This document shows, one piece after another, positions 30,250-42,770 of a stretch of 64,000 nucleotides of DNA. Made by a program: the position numbers and the translations under genes. How positions within the stretch are numbered: position 1 is the stretch's first letter; the number at the start of each line of letters is the position of its first letter. The stretch is from Eledone cirrhosa (taxonomy: Eukaryota). The notes beneath the pieces were generated by a model. That model had not been told where the DNA came from. It did not search any database and saw only the letters and a list, made by a program, of their open reading frames with translations. The stretch is from NCBI GenBank assembly GCA_964016885.1, contig OZ024742.1, forward strand, positions 278,690,001 through 278,754,000, given 5' to 3'.

Positions 30250-31510
30250 GACCTGAATTTACGACATGCGAGCACTAGCTCCCATTTGCAACGAATATCA
30301 GAATGTCACATCAGCCGAAAATAAACCGAAATTCTGGAGGTCCTGGTTGGTTACACGAAGCACAAGTCACCCGATTGGAATGGTGTGTCTACGAATTGTA
30401 TATAGATATGCAGACTTGTTCTCCAATATACTCGAAGTGGTCTATGACAAGTAGCAACATAACTGGATTGTTCCAAGTTCTGCGAGCCGTGGTGTAGTAA
30501 CGCTGATGAGGAAAGACAAGAACAAGAGGGACACTATAGATATTGTTTGCCCTATATGTTTGCTAAACATATATTTTAAGATTCGACCTAGGTAATACCG
30601 AACAGTATGGCGCTTGTCGTCCCGTGTTTTTGTAGGGAAAGCGCAAATTTTCGCAATTCTTACAACAAATTCTTACGACAAACTTCACCTCATGTGATAC
30701 ACCATGGAGAAGGTAGGGATTAAACATGGATTCAGTGAGACTATTATCCATTTAGATCAATGGAAAGCTTTCGATACGATCGACCTTCGATTCCATCTTC
30801 AGAGGCTGGACTGCGGCATTCGCTCGGTGCTAGAAATAAATGGCCAGAATTCAGAACCGTTTCAGATAGCGCGATCGGTCCGTAAAGGTGCCCCCTCTTC
30901 TCTCTTTTGTAGCTATTGACTGTTTAGCCCTTACTATGGAATCTGCAGCTGTTGAATGATATCCTGCGGGAAATGCAACTTGGAAGGGCGGCATTGGCAT
31001 ATGCGGACAACATCACCGTGAAGGTGTCGAACACTTCGACGGTTGGTGCTTGTCGTCAAGCTTTATGTAGGGGAGGCGCAAACTTGCGCAATTCTGACAA
31101 TGTCCATTCAAGACAACCACCAACTCATGCAAAACACAATTGAGAGAGTAGAGTGTAAATCTAACTTCGATGTGGTTATGATTAATTTAGATCAATCGAA
31201 AGATTTGAATACCGTCGTCAATCGATACTTAGAGGCTCTACTTAAGGCACCTGATTTCAGATGTTAGAACGCTGCAATGGACAACGGCATCTCTTTGGTG
31301 ATCAAAGTAAATAGCTTGCTTTCGGAACTTGTTTTGATCAAGCGATCGGTACGAAAAGGGTGTCATATCTACTCACTTAGGTACGTATTGAATCTCGAGC
31401 CTTTACTGTGGAAATTGGAGCTGTTGCAAGGCATCCCGCTCGGACTGAGCCGGCGGCCTTCGATATCTTCCGGAATTCCTTCTAGAGACACGGTAGTGCT
31501 GTCAGACGGA
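30250..31510 (+). pseudogene. Two tandem, heavily decayed Tx1-type RT fragments
   Basis: LDQWKAFDTID, RSVRKG and YADNITV, then INLDQSKD..VVNRYLEALL and RSVRKGC..LNLEPLL; homologous to ORF2 at 57316-58728. Confidence 0.7.
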
Positions 31511-31699
31511 CCTGTCCGAGAGGCGCAGAGAAAAACGAAACCATTCTGCATTACTGTTTACTGACTTTTGGGGGTTATGCCAAATAGCTGTTATTGCGTG
31601 CGGGACGTCTCCGGCTATCGAGTAAAACATATTTAAAAAATAACCATTAGCAATATATTTATAACAATACGAATTCCTCAATAACAATAAACAAAGGAA

Positions 31700-32375
31700 T
31701 TACAACAATGAAAATTCCCCAATAAGGGCGACTCAGAAACGCCCCCAATCCTGAAGCACCCGACACTCCGAGAACACCCGAGGAAGACATCCTACACCTC
31801 TTCAAATCAGCCAGCCAACAAGTGCATGGTCAACGTATACCAAATCACACAGGCCATCCTCGCAACATTCACCCACCATTTAACAAATGTACTGGGGGAG
31901 GAAAGAACGTTTCTATTCACACTCACCTTCCTTTCCAAGTGAACTTTGCAAATGTTGATGAGGGATTTGCCGAACAGAAAAGTGTCAGCTTCAGTCCTTT
32001 CATCCGCAACCACCAAACAACCTCTTTTGCTAGAACTTCCTGGGGAAAACTACTTGCTCTGATCGACTAAAAGAAGGTGACATGATGGTCTTCACGATAA
32101 TCTTGGTCGATAGCCGGATCCTTTACAGCTGTTCGACATAACTCCGCAAGTCATTCACGCATGGACGCTGGACAAATGCGTGCAGAACGGTATCGTCGCG
32201 CTGTGCGGATCTCAGTCAGCCCCGGCTGACCGCACCTCCATGAACCATAGATAGAACTGCCAAGCAAAATTCTCTGGAACAGACTGGTCAGTTCGATTTC
32301 GACGACGTCCATAACCTCTCCCAGAGCATTGACGCACTTTTCCACCACTAATCCTGTATAGAACTCTAGAGGCGA
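31700..32375 (-). mobile_element. Tx1-type LINE 3' fragment (end of ORF2 and 3' UTR)
   Basis: acaatgaaaattccccaata shared with 56881-56900; ORF ...FVKWWVNVARMACV... matches FVERWVREARMARV. Confidence 0.75.
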
Positions 32376-32461
32376 AATTCTACTGACTTGAAACCCTTTT
32401 CGGTAGATCTTTGATGTATGTTTTTGGTAATAACACTAACGTTTAGGAGAGAACTGAATTA

Positions 32462-32792
32462 CACTCTCTTAACCAATATGATATTTACTAAAAAGAAGAA
32501 CAACTCAACATCATTGGATACCATCATGGTTGCATGTGTTATATCAGAGTTTTCTTTCTCCTAGAATTCTGCCTTGACAAAGGCTAAAGGGTCATCTCTC
32601 CCGGTGATTTTGGATGGCCATCGACTCTTAAGAGCTCCTTTGCCCTTTGACATGTTTTGCTTTTAGTCCTGCAGGATGTCCAAAGTCACCCTCCTCACCA
32701 AGAAACCTTGGTGGCCCTCCTCATCAAGAAACCTTGGTGGGGTTGCCAGTTTAGTCGCCAACGACCCGACCATGAGACAGGTTGTACTGGGA
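32462..32792 (-). mobile_element. RTE-like 5'-region repeat; second copy at 41800-42038
   Basis: Near-identical ~240 bp to 41800-42038 (ctagaattctgccttgacaaaggctaa..., gatgtccaaagtcaccctcctcacca). Confidence 0.65.
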
Positions 32793-33664
32793 TACATGTT
32801 AACAGTAGCACCAACATAAATACATACATACATATATACATACATAAATACATGCATACATATATATACATACATAATACATGCATGCATACATACAAGC
32901 ATACATACATATATAGATTAACATTTGCATACGTAAATATGTATATACATGTATGCATGCTTATATACATGCATGCCAATTCAGTCACACATACAGGAAT
33001 ACATACATACACGCAATATGTAATTAAATGAGATACAATGAATTGCTTTCCACCAGACACAAGCACACACACGTACAAACATGCATTCACACACACACAA
33101 CGCATTCTCACACACAATGCATTCACACACATACGTACCCCCCCCCCCCCCACACACAAACAAATAAACGCACATACGCAATCAATAACACGTTCACAAA
33201 TACATAAACGCAAAAACACACATACGCGTACTTAAAGACATTATATCTAAGTAAATGAATAGCGACTCTTTATTTCCTTTAGACATTCACAAGCCGCCAT
33301 CCTCTCTTTTCTTCGACGCTTTGCTAAACCAGCTCCGTCCGCCATTATCGTGCGTTGTTGTCAATCATTTCTCAGTATTAACAACCACATAAAGATAGCA
33401 AACAACAAAAATCAATCAAAATGAAGGCAAATACAAATACATAGCTTCATTCAGGAAATAATTACCACTGAAAATGGCTAACCTGTGTCTATTCTCATAA
33501 ATCTTATCGCATGTTCTGTTGAAAGATGTCTACAAGAGACTTAAGCAAAAGAGAAGTATTCTGTCTCCTGTAAAAATGTTCAATGTCACATCTCACCTCC
33601 TCTTCTGCTGCATCAACACCTACATTTTTATCCTTCCTGTTTCATTCTTTCCTTCATTTTGTTT

Positions 33665-33817
<153 letters not shown>

Positions 33818-34110
33818 TTTTGCATACCTACTTGTATATAAACGCAATTTTTAAACGGTTCCTTTACATTTATGTGTATATATAGTTGGTCATTTGAAAA
33901 ATTCGTGTTATATATATATAATCCTTACCCATTACACATCTCCTTACATTTATTTATACTTACACACACACACACACACACACATACAATAAAAACAACA
34001 GAAGGCAGAACTGTAAATTTACTTTAGAATTCGAATTCCGCGAAAACACTAGACATATTAGGGTAACCCAGTTTCATGAAACAATCATGATGCAAAGCAT
34101 AACATAGAAC

Positions 34111-34171
<61 letters not shown>

Positions 34172-34189
34172 GTCTGTCTGTGTGTACAC

Positions 34190-34264
<75 letters not shown>

Positions 34265-34851
34265 GGGGAGAGAGAAGTCACAGCGTGTGTAGGGCAGGAA
34301 ACCTGTGGTGTCTGAGGAACGAGCTGCTAGAAAGGGCAGCCCAAAACCACTCAGAGGAGTGTGCTCAACCAAAGACAGAGAGAGGAAAGACTGTTATAGC
34401 AGCTCGTCCCTCAGACACCACTGTTATAGTAGCTCGTCCCTCAGACACGCTGTCACTTCTCTCTCCCACGTGTAGCTGGACAGTCGCTTTAAATTCTCTT
34501 AGTGTTGTCTGAAATGTATAGCCTTACAGACGCCGATGAACCATGGGCTATTTATTTCTGTTAACAAATTATTGGCGAAACAGATCTCTTTGGATTTGTA
34601 CGTGTGTTTTATAGTTATAGAGGTATATATTTACACTTTAATTTATGTTTAATTACCGTGTGTCTACCCTGCCTTTCATAGGTTATAAATTCCATACACT
34701 GGTGGTTTTTCCCTGTTTTATTGATGGTGCACTATCTTTCTCTAGTGTGTTACCTTTTCAACATATTGTATTTTAAAGAGCTCAGGATTCCTTCACATTA
34801 TAGCACAATATTGGCAGGGAATAGCGAGAGTCTATGGCTCCGTTAATCTAT

Positions 34852-34899
<48 letters not shown>

Positions 34900-34934
34900 A
34901 AATGTGTAAGATCCTTGGACAGTTAGGTATATTT

Positions 34935-35086
34935 GAAAAAATGAAAAGAATGACTTCACTTGTAGTGTTAAATAATTTGATTTAATTTTATAATATTATA
35001 ATATTAACTCATAATTCAATAATATTATTAAATTAAATCAAACATTTTTTAACACTACAAGTGAAGTCAATCTTTTCATCTTTTTC
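34935..35086. repeat. Short fold-back with ~65-bp arms
   Basis: atgaaaagaatgacttcacttgtagtgttaaa vs tttaacactacaagtgaagtcaatcttttcat. Confidence 0.8.
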
Positions 35087-35207
35087 ATATATATATATAG
35101 AGAGAGAGAGCGTGAAACTAATAAACCTTTGTTTGTACTGCTTCTCTGTTTTTGTTCGCGGTCCAGTTTTCACTATATATATATATATATATATATACAG
35201 ACACAAA

Positions 35208-35261
<54 letters not shown>

Positions 35262-36140
35262 TATATATGTGCGTATGTATGTGTCTATGTGAATATGAAT
35301 ATAAATATACATACATACAAATATATACAAATATACATACATACATATATGTACTGAATTTTTATTTAAAACGAACAACTCTGAACCACCTAGTCTAGTA
35401 CTGTTGCCGTGTCAAGGTTTCAACCACGGACAACCTCGTAATAATATCTCTTTTGTGACCGAACATTCAAAGTATTTATATAGTCTAAAAAGATTTTATC
35501 GTTAGATATGAGCATGTTTTATGTTCAGCAAGTATAAATATCTTCACTGCCGTGTTAAATGTTGTTGCATAGTTTTTACTGTTCATATAAACACATTCCG
35601 TCATTTGTCTTTAAGAATTCACTTTTTGTATTTTTTGTATTCAATTTTCATTTTATTCCTTCATTCTTTTAGTTGCTTCAGTCTAGCATGGACAACGGTC
35701 CTGTTAGAGCAGTGCCTTTAACTAATTTAATATGTTATATCGGCCCCACTTCCTTTTTCCAGAGTTTAGAATCTACTTTATTGATTTCTATATGAGGAAT
35801 TATTACATTACAGGCCGATAAATAACAGTCGCTTACAAATTAATAAAACGCATATACACGCATTCACATACATGCACTCTTGTTCAATCCTATAAACATA
35901 CATAAACACACACACACGCACAGACATAGTGCAGGTAGTACGGTGAAATACTGGTGGTCGTACCACATCAGGCACTCTATGCACACACAGAATGTCTATC
36001 GTAGTCTTAGGAGAAGATCGATACTGGAGTCGGGTCCATAACTCTTATGGGTCACCTTCAGCCAATCGTCTGCGATACGCGTATAACAGGTCGATACGCA
36101 ATAAATATTTCTATAAGTAAACGAAACTTCCACGTGTTTC

Positions 36141-36182
<42 letters not shown>

Positions 36183-36190
<8 letters not shown>

Positions 36191-38610
36191 ATACTTGGGG
36201 AGGGTCATATTTGTGTAATATTGCCCGAATTAATAACAGAACACACTCACTTTTTGGTTGGTTTTCGCTTTTCGCTTCTGTGTCTTTTATATCGGTAATC
36301 TAATTTATTCGGTCCTCAATGTTGCCATTGACTGGCCAACGGTCAAAAATAATACAGATACAATATAGACACAAACACATATATATAGTTTATCAAAGTT
36401 CTTTCGTTGCACATCTGCAAAATCGTCAGTGGTGCTATTGTTTCCCCCCGATGCATTGTATTTTCTACGCCATCTATATTTAGTCTGTCTATATATTTAT
36501 ATATTTGTTTATTTTATTTTGTCTTCTTTGCGCATGTGTTTGCGTGTGTGTATAGTGTTTTGTTTGATGTGTGTTCGTGATTGGGTGACTGTGTATTGGT
36601 TAATGTATTCTATATTTACTAGTGTGTGTTTATATGTGTTTGTTGTTATTGGGCTTGTGTATGTATTTATCTATTGATTTATTTATACTTCTCTTAGGTC
36701 AGTGTTGTTTTTTTGGGTGTTGTTGTTATTCCATTCATTCTTTCGGTTTAGCCTTGGCCTTCTAAGTTCTATTTTACTGGCCTCTCTTATTTGCCTATCT
36801 GCTGGGTCATTTCTATGTTTAGATATTATTCTAATTTCTATGTTGTCTATGTTACCGTCGTGTTGTTGTCTGGCATGTTCGTATAGTACTGAACCGTTTT
36901 TTCGTCCTTTTAGTTCCCCCCAGTGTTGGTCTATCCTTTCACCTATGCTAAGAGCTGTCTCGCCTATGTATGTTGTTGTCATGTTTCTGCAAGTACCCTC
37001 TGTACATCTTATGCTATAGACTACTTTCTAGTTTTACAGTTTATCCGGGGGTTTACCTTACATATGATACATTTCCTATTAGTACAGTGGGTTTTCTTAA
37101 AAGGGTAGGTTTTGCTGATCAGGGAATTTATGGTGGTTCCTGGCTTTTCTACCACCTTAATTGTTAAGTGGGTCTTTCTCAGGGCCTTTCTACACTGGTT
37201 AGCTAATTTCCCTCCAGGGGTAGCGTCCACAAACATAACACTCTGGTATCTCTGGTTGTCGTACCATGAGGTGGCTCTCCCTATCTTATGTCTAGCCCTA
37301 TCTAAGCTATTCCATGATTTGCTCCTGTATAATGGGCAAATTCCTTTCATGTCCAGTTCTATGAGGGTCTTATACTACTCCATAGCTCCTTCGTATACTC
37401 TGACTCTGTCTCTTTGGTTGTAGCCAGAGAACTGCATGCGGTTGATGAAGTGTTGGATGTGTCTTTCCATTTCTGTTGGGTCGCACATGCGGGACACGCT
37501 CTTCATGACTCGTACCAAATCTGCGATCAGAATATTAAACTTAGCACTACTGGACATTGCTGAGTTTTTGAGTATCAGGTATTTGGAGGCTATGGCTTTA
37601 GCATAGTGTGAGTGGAGAATTTGGGCTCTCTTGTCTATAGTGTTAATCCAGAGTTCCGTTGTTATGGTGTTTGGAAGGGTAGTCGATAGTTACAGTTATA
37701 CTCTGGTGTATGGAATTAGCTATCTGGTGGATGCTTTCCATTGTGCTACGTTCAAAATCAAACTTGTTAGTGCTCTCTAGTGGGGATGTTCTTATAACTA
37801 TATTGATATCGTCTACGTAACGAGATTACATGATGAAGTCTATGGAGCTTTCATTAAGTAGATCTTTAAGTCTCCTTTCCCACGATACCATAAAAAGGTT
37901 GGCAACAACACCATCTATGCTGACGCCAGTGGCTGCTCCCTAATTTTGGGTGTAGATCTTCTCGTTGAACTTGAATATGTGGCACTTTAGGGTAGTTTTG
38001 ATACTAGCCCCTATTGCGACAATTTTTCTTACCTGATCATTGTTTTGGGGGGTCCGTATAGCTTTGGTCCACCCAATCTACCTTCCCATAGGAGTCTTTT
38101 TAGCCATTGAGGTTATGGTGGGGGGGGGGGGGGGGGCTACCTCCTATGGGTCTACTTTGGCAGAAACTTCTAAGGTCAGGCTGTCTAGGTAGTCAGTGTC
38201 GTAGGTAAGTCTAAGTAGAAGGCCCACTTCGTCTGTGTCGACGTCGCAGAACTCCACTTCACTCTCAATGATCATCTCCACACATTTTTCCACAGCAAAA
38301 TCAATGTTAATGGATGGGTACAGTGATTCCACATCCATGCTGTCTATTGTGCAGTTGGATAGGTTCCTGTTTTTATTGCACTCACTGATTCTGCTTAGGA
38401 GGTCCTCTGTACTGTCACATACATCTGGGGACATCTTGATTATGGGGCGTCTAACCATTGAGAGGAAGTAGGAGATCCTGTAGTTGCTAGCTATATTTGC
38501 TCCGCATACGGGTCTTGTTGGTGGTCCTGTTGTCGGGTCGTCGACTGTCTTGTGGTCTTTGCGGAGCCCATATAAGGGTGGTATGCCATTGTTAGACGCC
38601 TGGAAGTTGT
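36183..38610 (-). mobile_element. Penelope-like retroelement copy A (5'-truncated, frameshifted RT + Zn linker + C-terminal GIY-YIG + pLTR)
   Basis: SMDVESLYPSI (RT); FVDATPGGKL; CTNRKCIIC; VVYSIRC...YIGET...R..QH...RQIREA..I...P.LN (GIY-YIG). Confidence 0.92.
36391..36434 (-). ncRNA. Minimal type I hammerhead-like motif in the pLTR of copy A
   Basis: Minus strand CTGACGA-T-TTTGCA-GATG-TGCAAC-GAAA-GAAC-TT-TGATA. Confidence 0.6.
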
Positions 38611-38709
38611 TTTATATATAAATCTATTTTCACATTAATGAAGCATTAACCATAAAATATTATCAATTTGATTAATTCTATACGATAAAATCAATCGATA
38701 AATACGTTA

Positions 38710-38815
38710 CTCCTCCTCCTATTTTCCCCTTTCTTGCACCATCAGGATGGCGAATAACCCCGGTGACCTCCCTTACAAGAGCTCGCCAATGTGATCGGTT
38801 TGGGGCTGTTCCAGG

Positions 38816-38816
<1 letters not shown>
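38710..38816 (-). mobile_element. Possible RTE-type LINE 3' tip
   Basis: Minus strand reads APNRSHWRALVREV, like the A.DR..WR..V terminus of RTE ORFs. Confidence 0.4.
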
Positions 38817-38857
<41 letters not shown>

Positions 38858-39068
38858 CATAGATTCGACTAAAAAACTAGGCGCCACGTTGTGTTCTTGA
38901 GAAAGACGCTTCATATCATGTTCCGATTCGTTGTAAACATGAAGAACGTATCACTAAAACATCCTTTGTAGAAAGAAAACCAGCTAAACCTGCACAGGTG
39001 TGAGCTGTACATTTCATTTGTATTTTAATACTGAAAGCTGTCAGTAAAAGAATAGAGTGTGTATGTGC

Positions 39069-39142
<74 letters not shown>

Positions 39143-39232
39143 GTGTAATGTTGACAGACGCGTTTTGTCTAATGAGCACACAGGGGAAATTCCAAAGTAA
39201 CAAAACTCATCACTTAGCCATAATAAAGAACG

Positions 39233-39286
<54 letters not shown>

Positions 39287-39361
39287 TAAGTTAGTGTTGA
39301 TGGTGGTAGTAGAGGCAGTGATGACAGAAACACATACAGCTGTGGTGCGGCGGCATGGCAG

Positions 39362-39616
39362 GCTGACGATGTTGCAGATGTGCAACGAAAGAACTTTGAT
39401 AAACTATATATATGTGTTTGTGTCTATATTGCATCTGTATTATTTTTGACCGTTGGTCAGTCATTGGCAACATTGAGGACCGAATAAATTAGATTACTGA
39501 TATAAAAGACACAGAAGCGAAAAGCGAAAACCAACCAAACAGTGAGTGTGTTCTGTTATTAATTCTGGCAATATTACACAAATATGACCCTCCCCAAGTA
39601 TAACAATATTTGTTTC

Positions 39617-39620
<4 letters not shown>
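39362..39620 (+). mobile_element. Inverted pLTR associated with PLE copy A
   Basis: Reverse complement of 36183-36430; starts at the hammerhead core ctgacga and ends in (TA)n. Confidence 0.85.
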
Positions 39621-39705
<85 letters not shown>

Positions 39706-39740
39706 ATGTACACGGGTGTGTATGATTGTGTATAGGAGAT

Positions 39741-40123
39741 TATATTAATAAGAGGAATTCCAACTTTGTCTGATTTACTTATTTTATTTACAATCCTTTA
39801 AAATTTATAATGGTATTATAATGAAATAGTATGATAGAATATTAAATTCTAAGTGTTAATTGAACAAGTACTTTCATGCTTTCGCAATCTTCAGGTTCTT
39901 AATATGTGGTGACAGTCAAGTTTGCAATTTTCAACTGATGAAATTTGCAAACTTGACTGTCACCACATATTATGAACCTGAAGATTGCGAAAGCATGACC
40001 GTACTTGTTCAATTAACACTTAGAATTTAATATTCTATCATACTATTTCATTATAATACAATTATAAAATTTAAAAGATTGTAAATAAAACGTGTAAATC
40101 AGACAAAGTTGGAATTCCTCTTA

Positions 40124-40131
<8 letters not shown>
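39741..40131. repeat. ~390-bp near-perfect palindrome (arms ~193 bp, 5-nt loop at ~39934-39938)
   Basis: tatattaataagaggaattccaactttgtctga...ttgcaattttca-actga-tgaaatttgcaa...tcagacaaagttggaattcctcttattaatata. Confidence 0.95.
39862..39898 (-). ncRNA. Minimal hammerhead motif in the left arm of the palindrome
   Basis: Minus strand GAAC-CTGAAGA-T-TGC-GAAA-GCA-T-GAAA-GTAC-TT-GTTC. The mirror copy at 39974-40010 has GAAA changed to GACC. Confidence 0.65.
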
Positions 40132-40173
<42 letters not shown>

Positions 40174-40174
<1 letters not shown>

Positions 40175-40249
40175 TGGGTGGTCAAGTACGAAATTTGTAG
40201 AAATTATTTTTTTTTCTAGAAATTTCTACTAATTTCATAGTTGACCCAA
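40174..40249. mobile_element. ~76-bp MADE-like mariner MITE flanked by TA
   Basis: TA-ttggg..gtcaagtacgaaatttgtagaaatt / aatttctactaatttcatagttgacccaa-TA. Confidence 0.6.
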
Positions 40250-40259
40250 TATATGTGTG

Positions 40260-40359
<100 letters not shown>

Positions 40360-40863
40360 TGCAGCCAACGGACTTCTTTACAGGTTCTGTCTGCCACTTT
40401 ACGCACACACATTTATTTGTTATTATATATTTATTATATATTTATGAGTTACATTGAAACTGCAAACTGAGCTTCTAATTTTCGGATAATATAGTGTGAC
40501 ATTATTTGGAATGTTATTGCTATTGATAGTATTTTGACAGACCACCTAGTGGCTCCCATATTAGCACGTGTTGCGATATATTATATGTATTACAGTAATT
40601 TATCACTATTTTGGCAGGCAACATACAAATACACAACAAACGTAATACACTCAGTAACGTTAAAATATATGTGTTTATGACATGCAAATGTTAAGCGAAA
40701 TGTTTTATCTACTTCAGAACAATGGCAGTGCTTTGTATGATATCAACGTTAAGAAGCGGTGGCATATAAAATAGCTAACAAAGAAAAATAAACTAACAAA
40801 CAAGCGTAGATTGTAAAATAAAACACAACATTCATAAAAAAGCATATTTCAGGAATGGCGGCG

Positions 40864-40996
<133 letters not shown>

Positions 40997-41101
40997 CATA
41001 TATATATATATATGCGGTAATTTATATACATACATATATACATATATACATATATATACATATATACATATATATACATAAATATATACATATATATATA
41101 T

Positions 41102-41139
<38 letters not shown>

Positions 41140-41158
41140 CTATATATATATACATATG

Positions 41159-41225
<67 letters not shown>

Positions 41226-41239
41226 GTATATATATATAC

Positions 41240-41279
<40 letters not shown>

Positions 41280-41280
41280 G

Positions 41281-41345
<65 letters not shown>

Positions 41346-41501
41346 GTATATATATATACATATGTATATATATATATAGTTATATATATATATACACACA
41401 TATATACATATATATATATAAATATATATATGTATATATATATATATGCATATATAAATACTTATATATATATATATATATATATATAAACATACATATA
41501 T

Positions 41502-41532
<31 letters not shown>

Positions 41533-41533
<1 letters not shown>

Positions 41534-42038
41534 GGTGGCTGCCAACTCGTTTTCGAGTACGGCCACTACTTTATATCCATGTAGGAGAACTCCTACCGAT
41601 GCGCTGAACGAATGTGACTTTAGTCCAGGCAGCGATTTGAAAACTCTGGTACAAACACTACACTTGTGACAAGTATTGTCACATAGTGCTTGGCCCATGG
41701 TACCATGTGACGACAAGTGCAGAGAGATCTCCAGATATAAAGCAATGCCTGTGCCGTGAAGCTTTTATAGTGAGCAAAGGCACTGCACAAAGCCAGTCCC
41801 ACTCTCTTAACCAAGATGATATTTACCAAAAAGAAGAACAAGTCAACATCATTGGATACCATCAGAGTTGCAGGTGTTATATCAGAGTTTTCCTTCTCCT
41901 AGAATTCTGCCTTGACAAAGGCTAAGGGGTCATCTCTCCCGCTGATTTTGGATGGCCATTGACTCTTAAGAGCTCCTTTGCCCTTTGACAGGTTTTGTTT
42001 TTAGTCCTGCAGGATGTCCAAAGTCACCCTCCTCACCA
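41533..42038 (-). mobile_element. Internally deleted RTE-like element: 5' region joined to the C2H2-bearing 3' end
   Basis: CSVCTRVFKSLPGLKSH resembles the RTE/BovB C-terminal zinc finger; adjacent segment is shared with 32462-32700. Confidence 0.6.
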
Positions 42039-42121
42039 TATATACATATATACATACATATGTATATATATACATACATATATATATATATATATACATA
42101 TATATATACATACATATATAC

Positions 42122-42215
<94 letters not shown>

Positions 42216-42356
42216 AATTAGTATATCTACCAACATACATATAGAGATGCATACCTATGCTAGCAAATATATAGGTTTTGTCTTAGTAACTTTGTGGTTC
42301 AATGCAAGGGGATGCAGAACAATAATATGAAAGACGTAAAATAAGAAAATTATAAA

Positions 42357-42770
42357 AATTAACTTACTAAAATTTCACTCCAACTAGTTAGTTTCTGAAA
42401 AGAAATAAACATGGTTTCCAAATGGAACAACATGGAGAAAATCCTTTCGTCAACAGGCAAGTCTATTCTCAGCTGAGTTCCCAGGCAATGCGTAGACACA
42501 GGGAACTTATACAAAAATAATTCAGTGGATGGAAAAAGGCAAAGCGTGGACTAAGTTCTAAGACATTGAAAAAATCACTGCCTACTTGGTCGGAGGCAAA
42601 TTCAAAAGAATCAATCACGTCACATCGAGGTTAATCAGTGAGGAGTGGAGTGTTAATAAGACAGCAGCCGAACCATTACTTTTCTCCATGTTGTTCCATT
42701 CGGAAACCATGTTTATTCCCTTTCAGAAACTAATTATTTGGAGTGAAATTTTTGTAAGTAAGTTAATTTT
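42357..42770. mobile_element. Element with ~85-bp terminal inverted repeats, abutting the truncated 3' end of PLE copy B
   Basis: aatttcactccaa..tagtttctgaaaagaaataaacatggtttccaaatggaacaacatggagaaaa vs ttttctccatgttgttccattcggaaaccatgtttatt...ttggagtgaaatt. Confidence 0.75.

Noticed and set aside
39931-39956. CTGATGA at the palindrome loop as a further hammerhead
   Set aside because: No proper stem II followed by GAAA; probably incidental.
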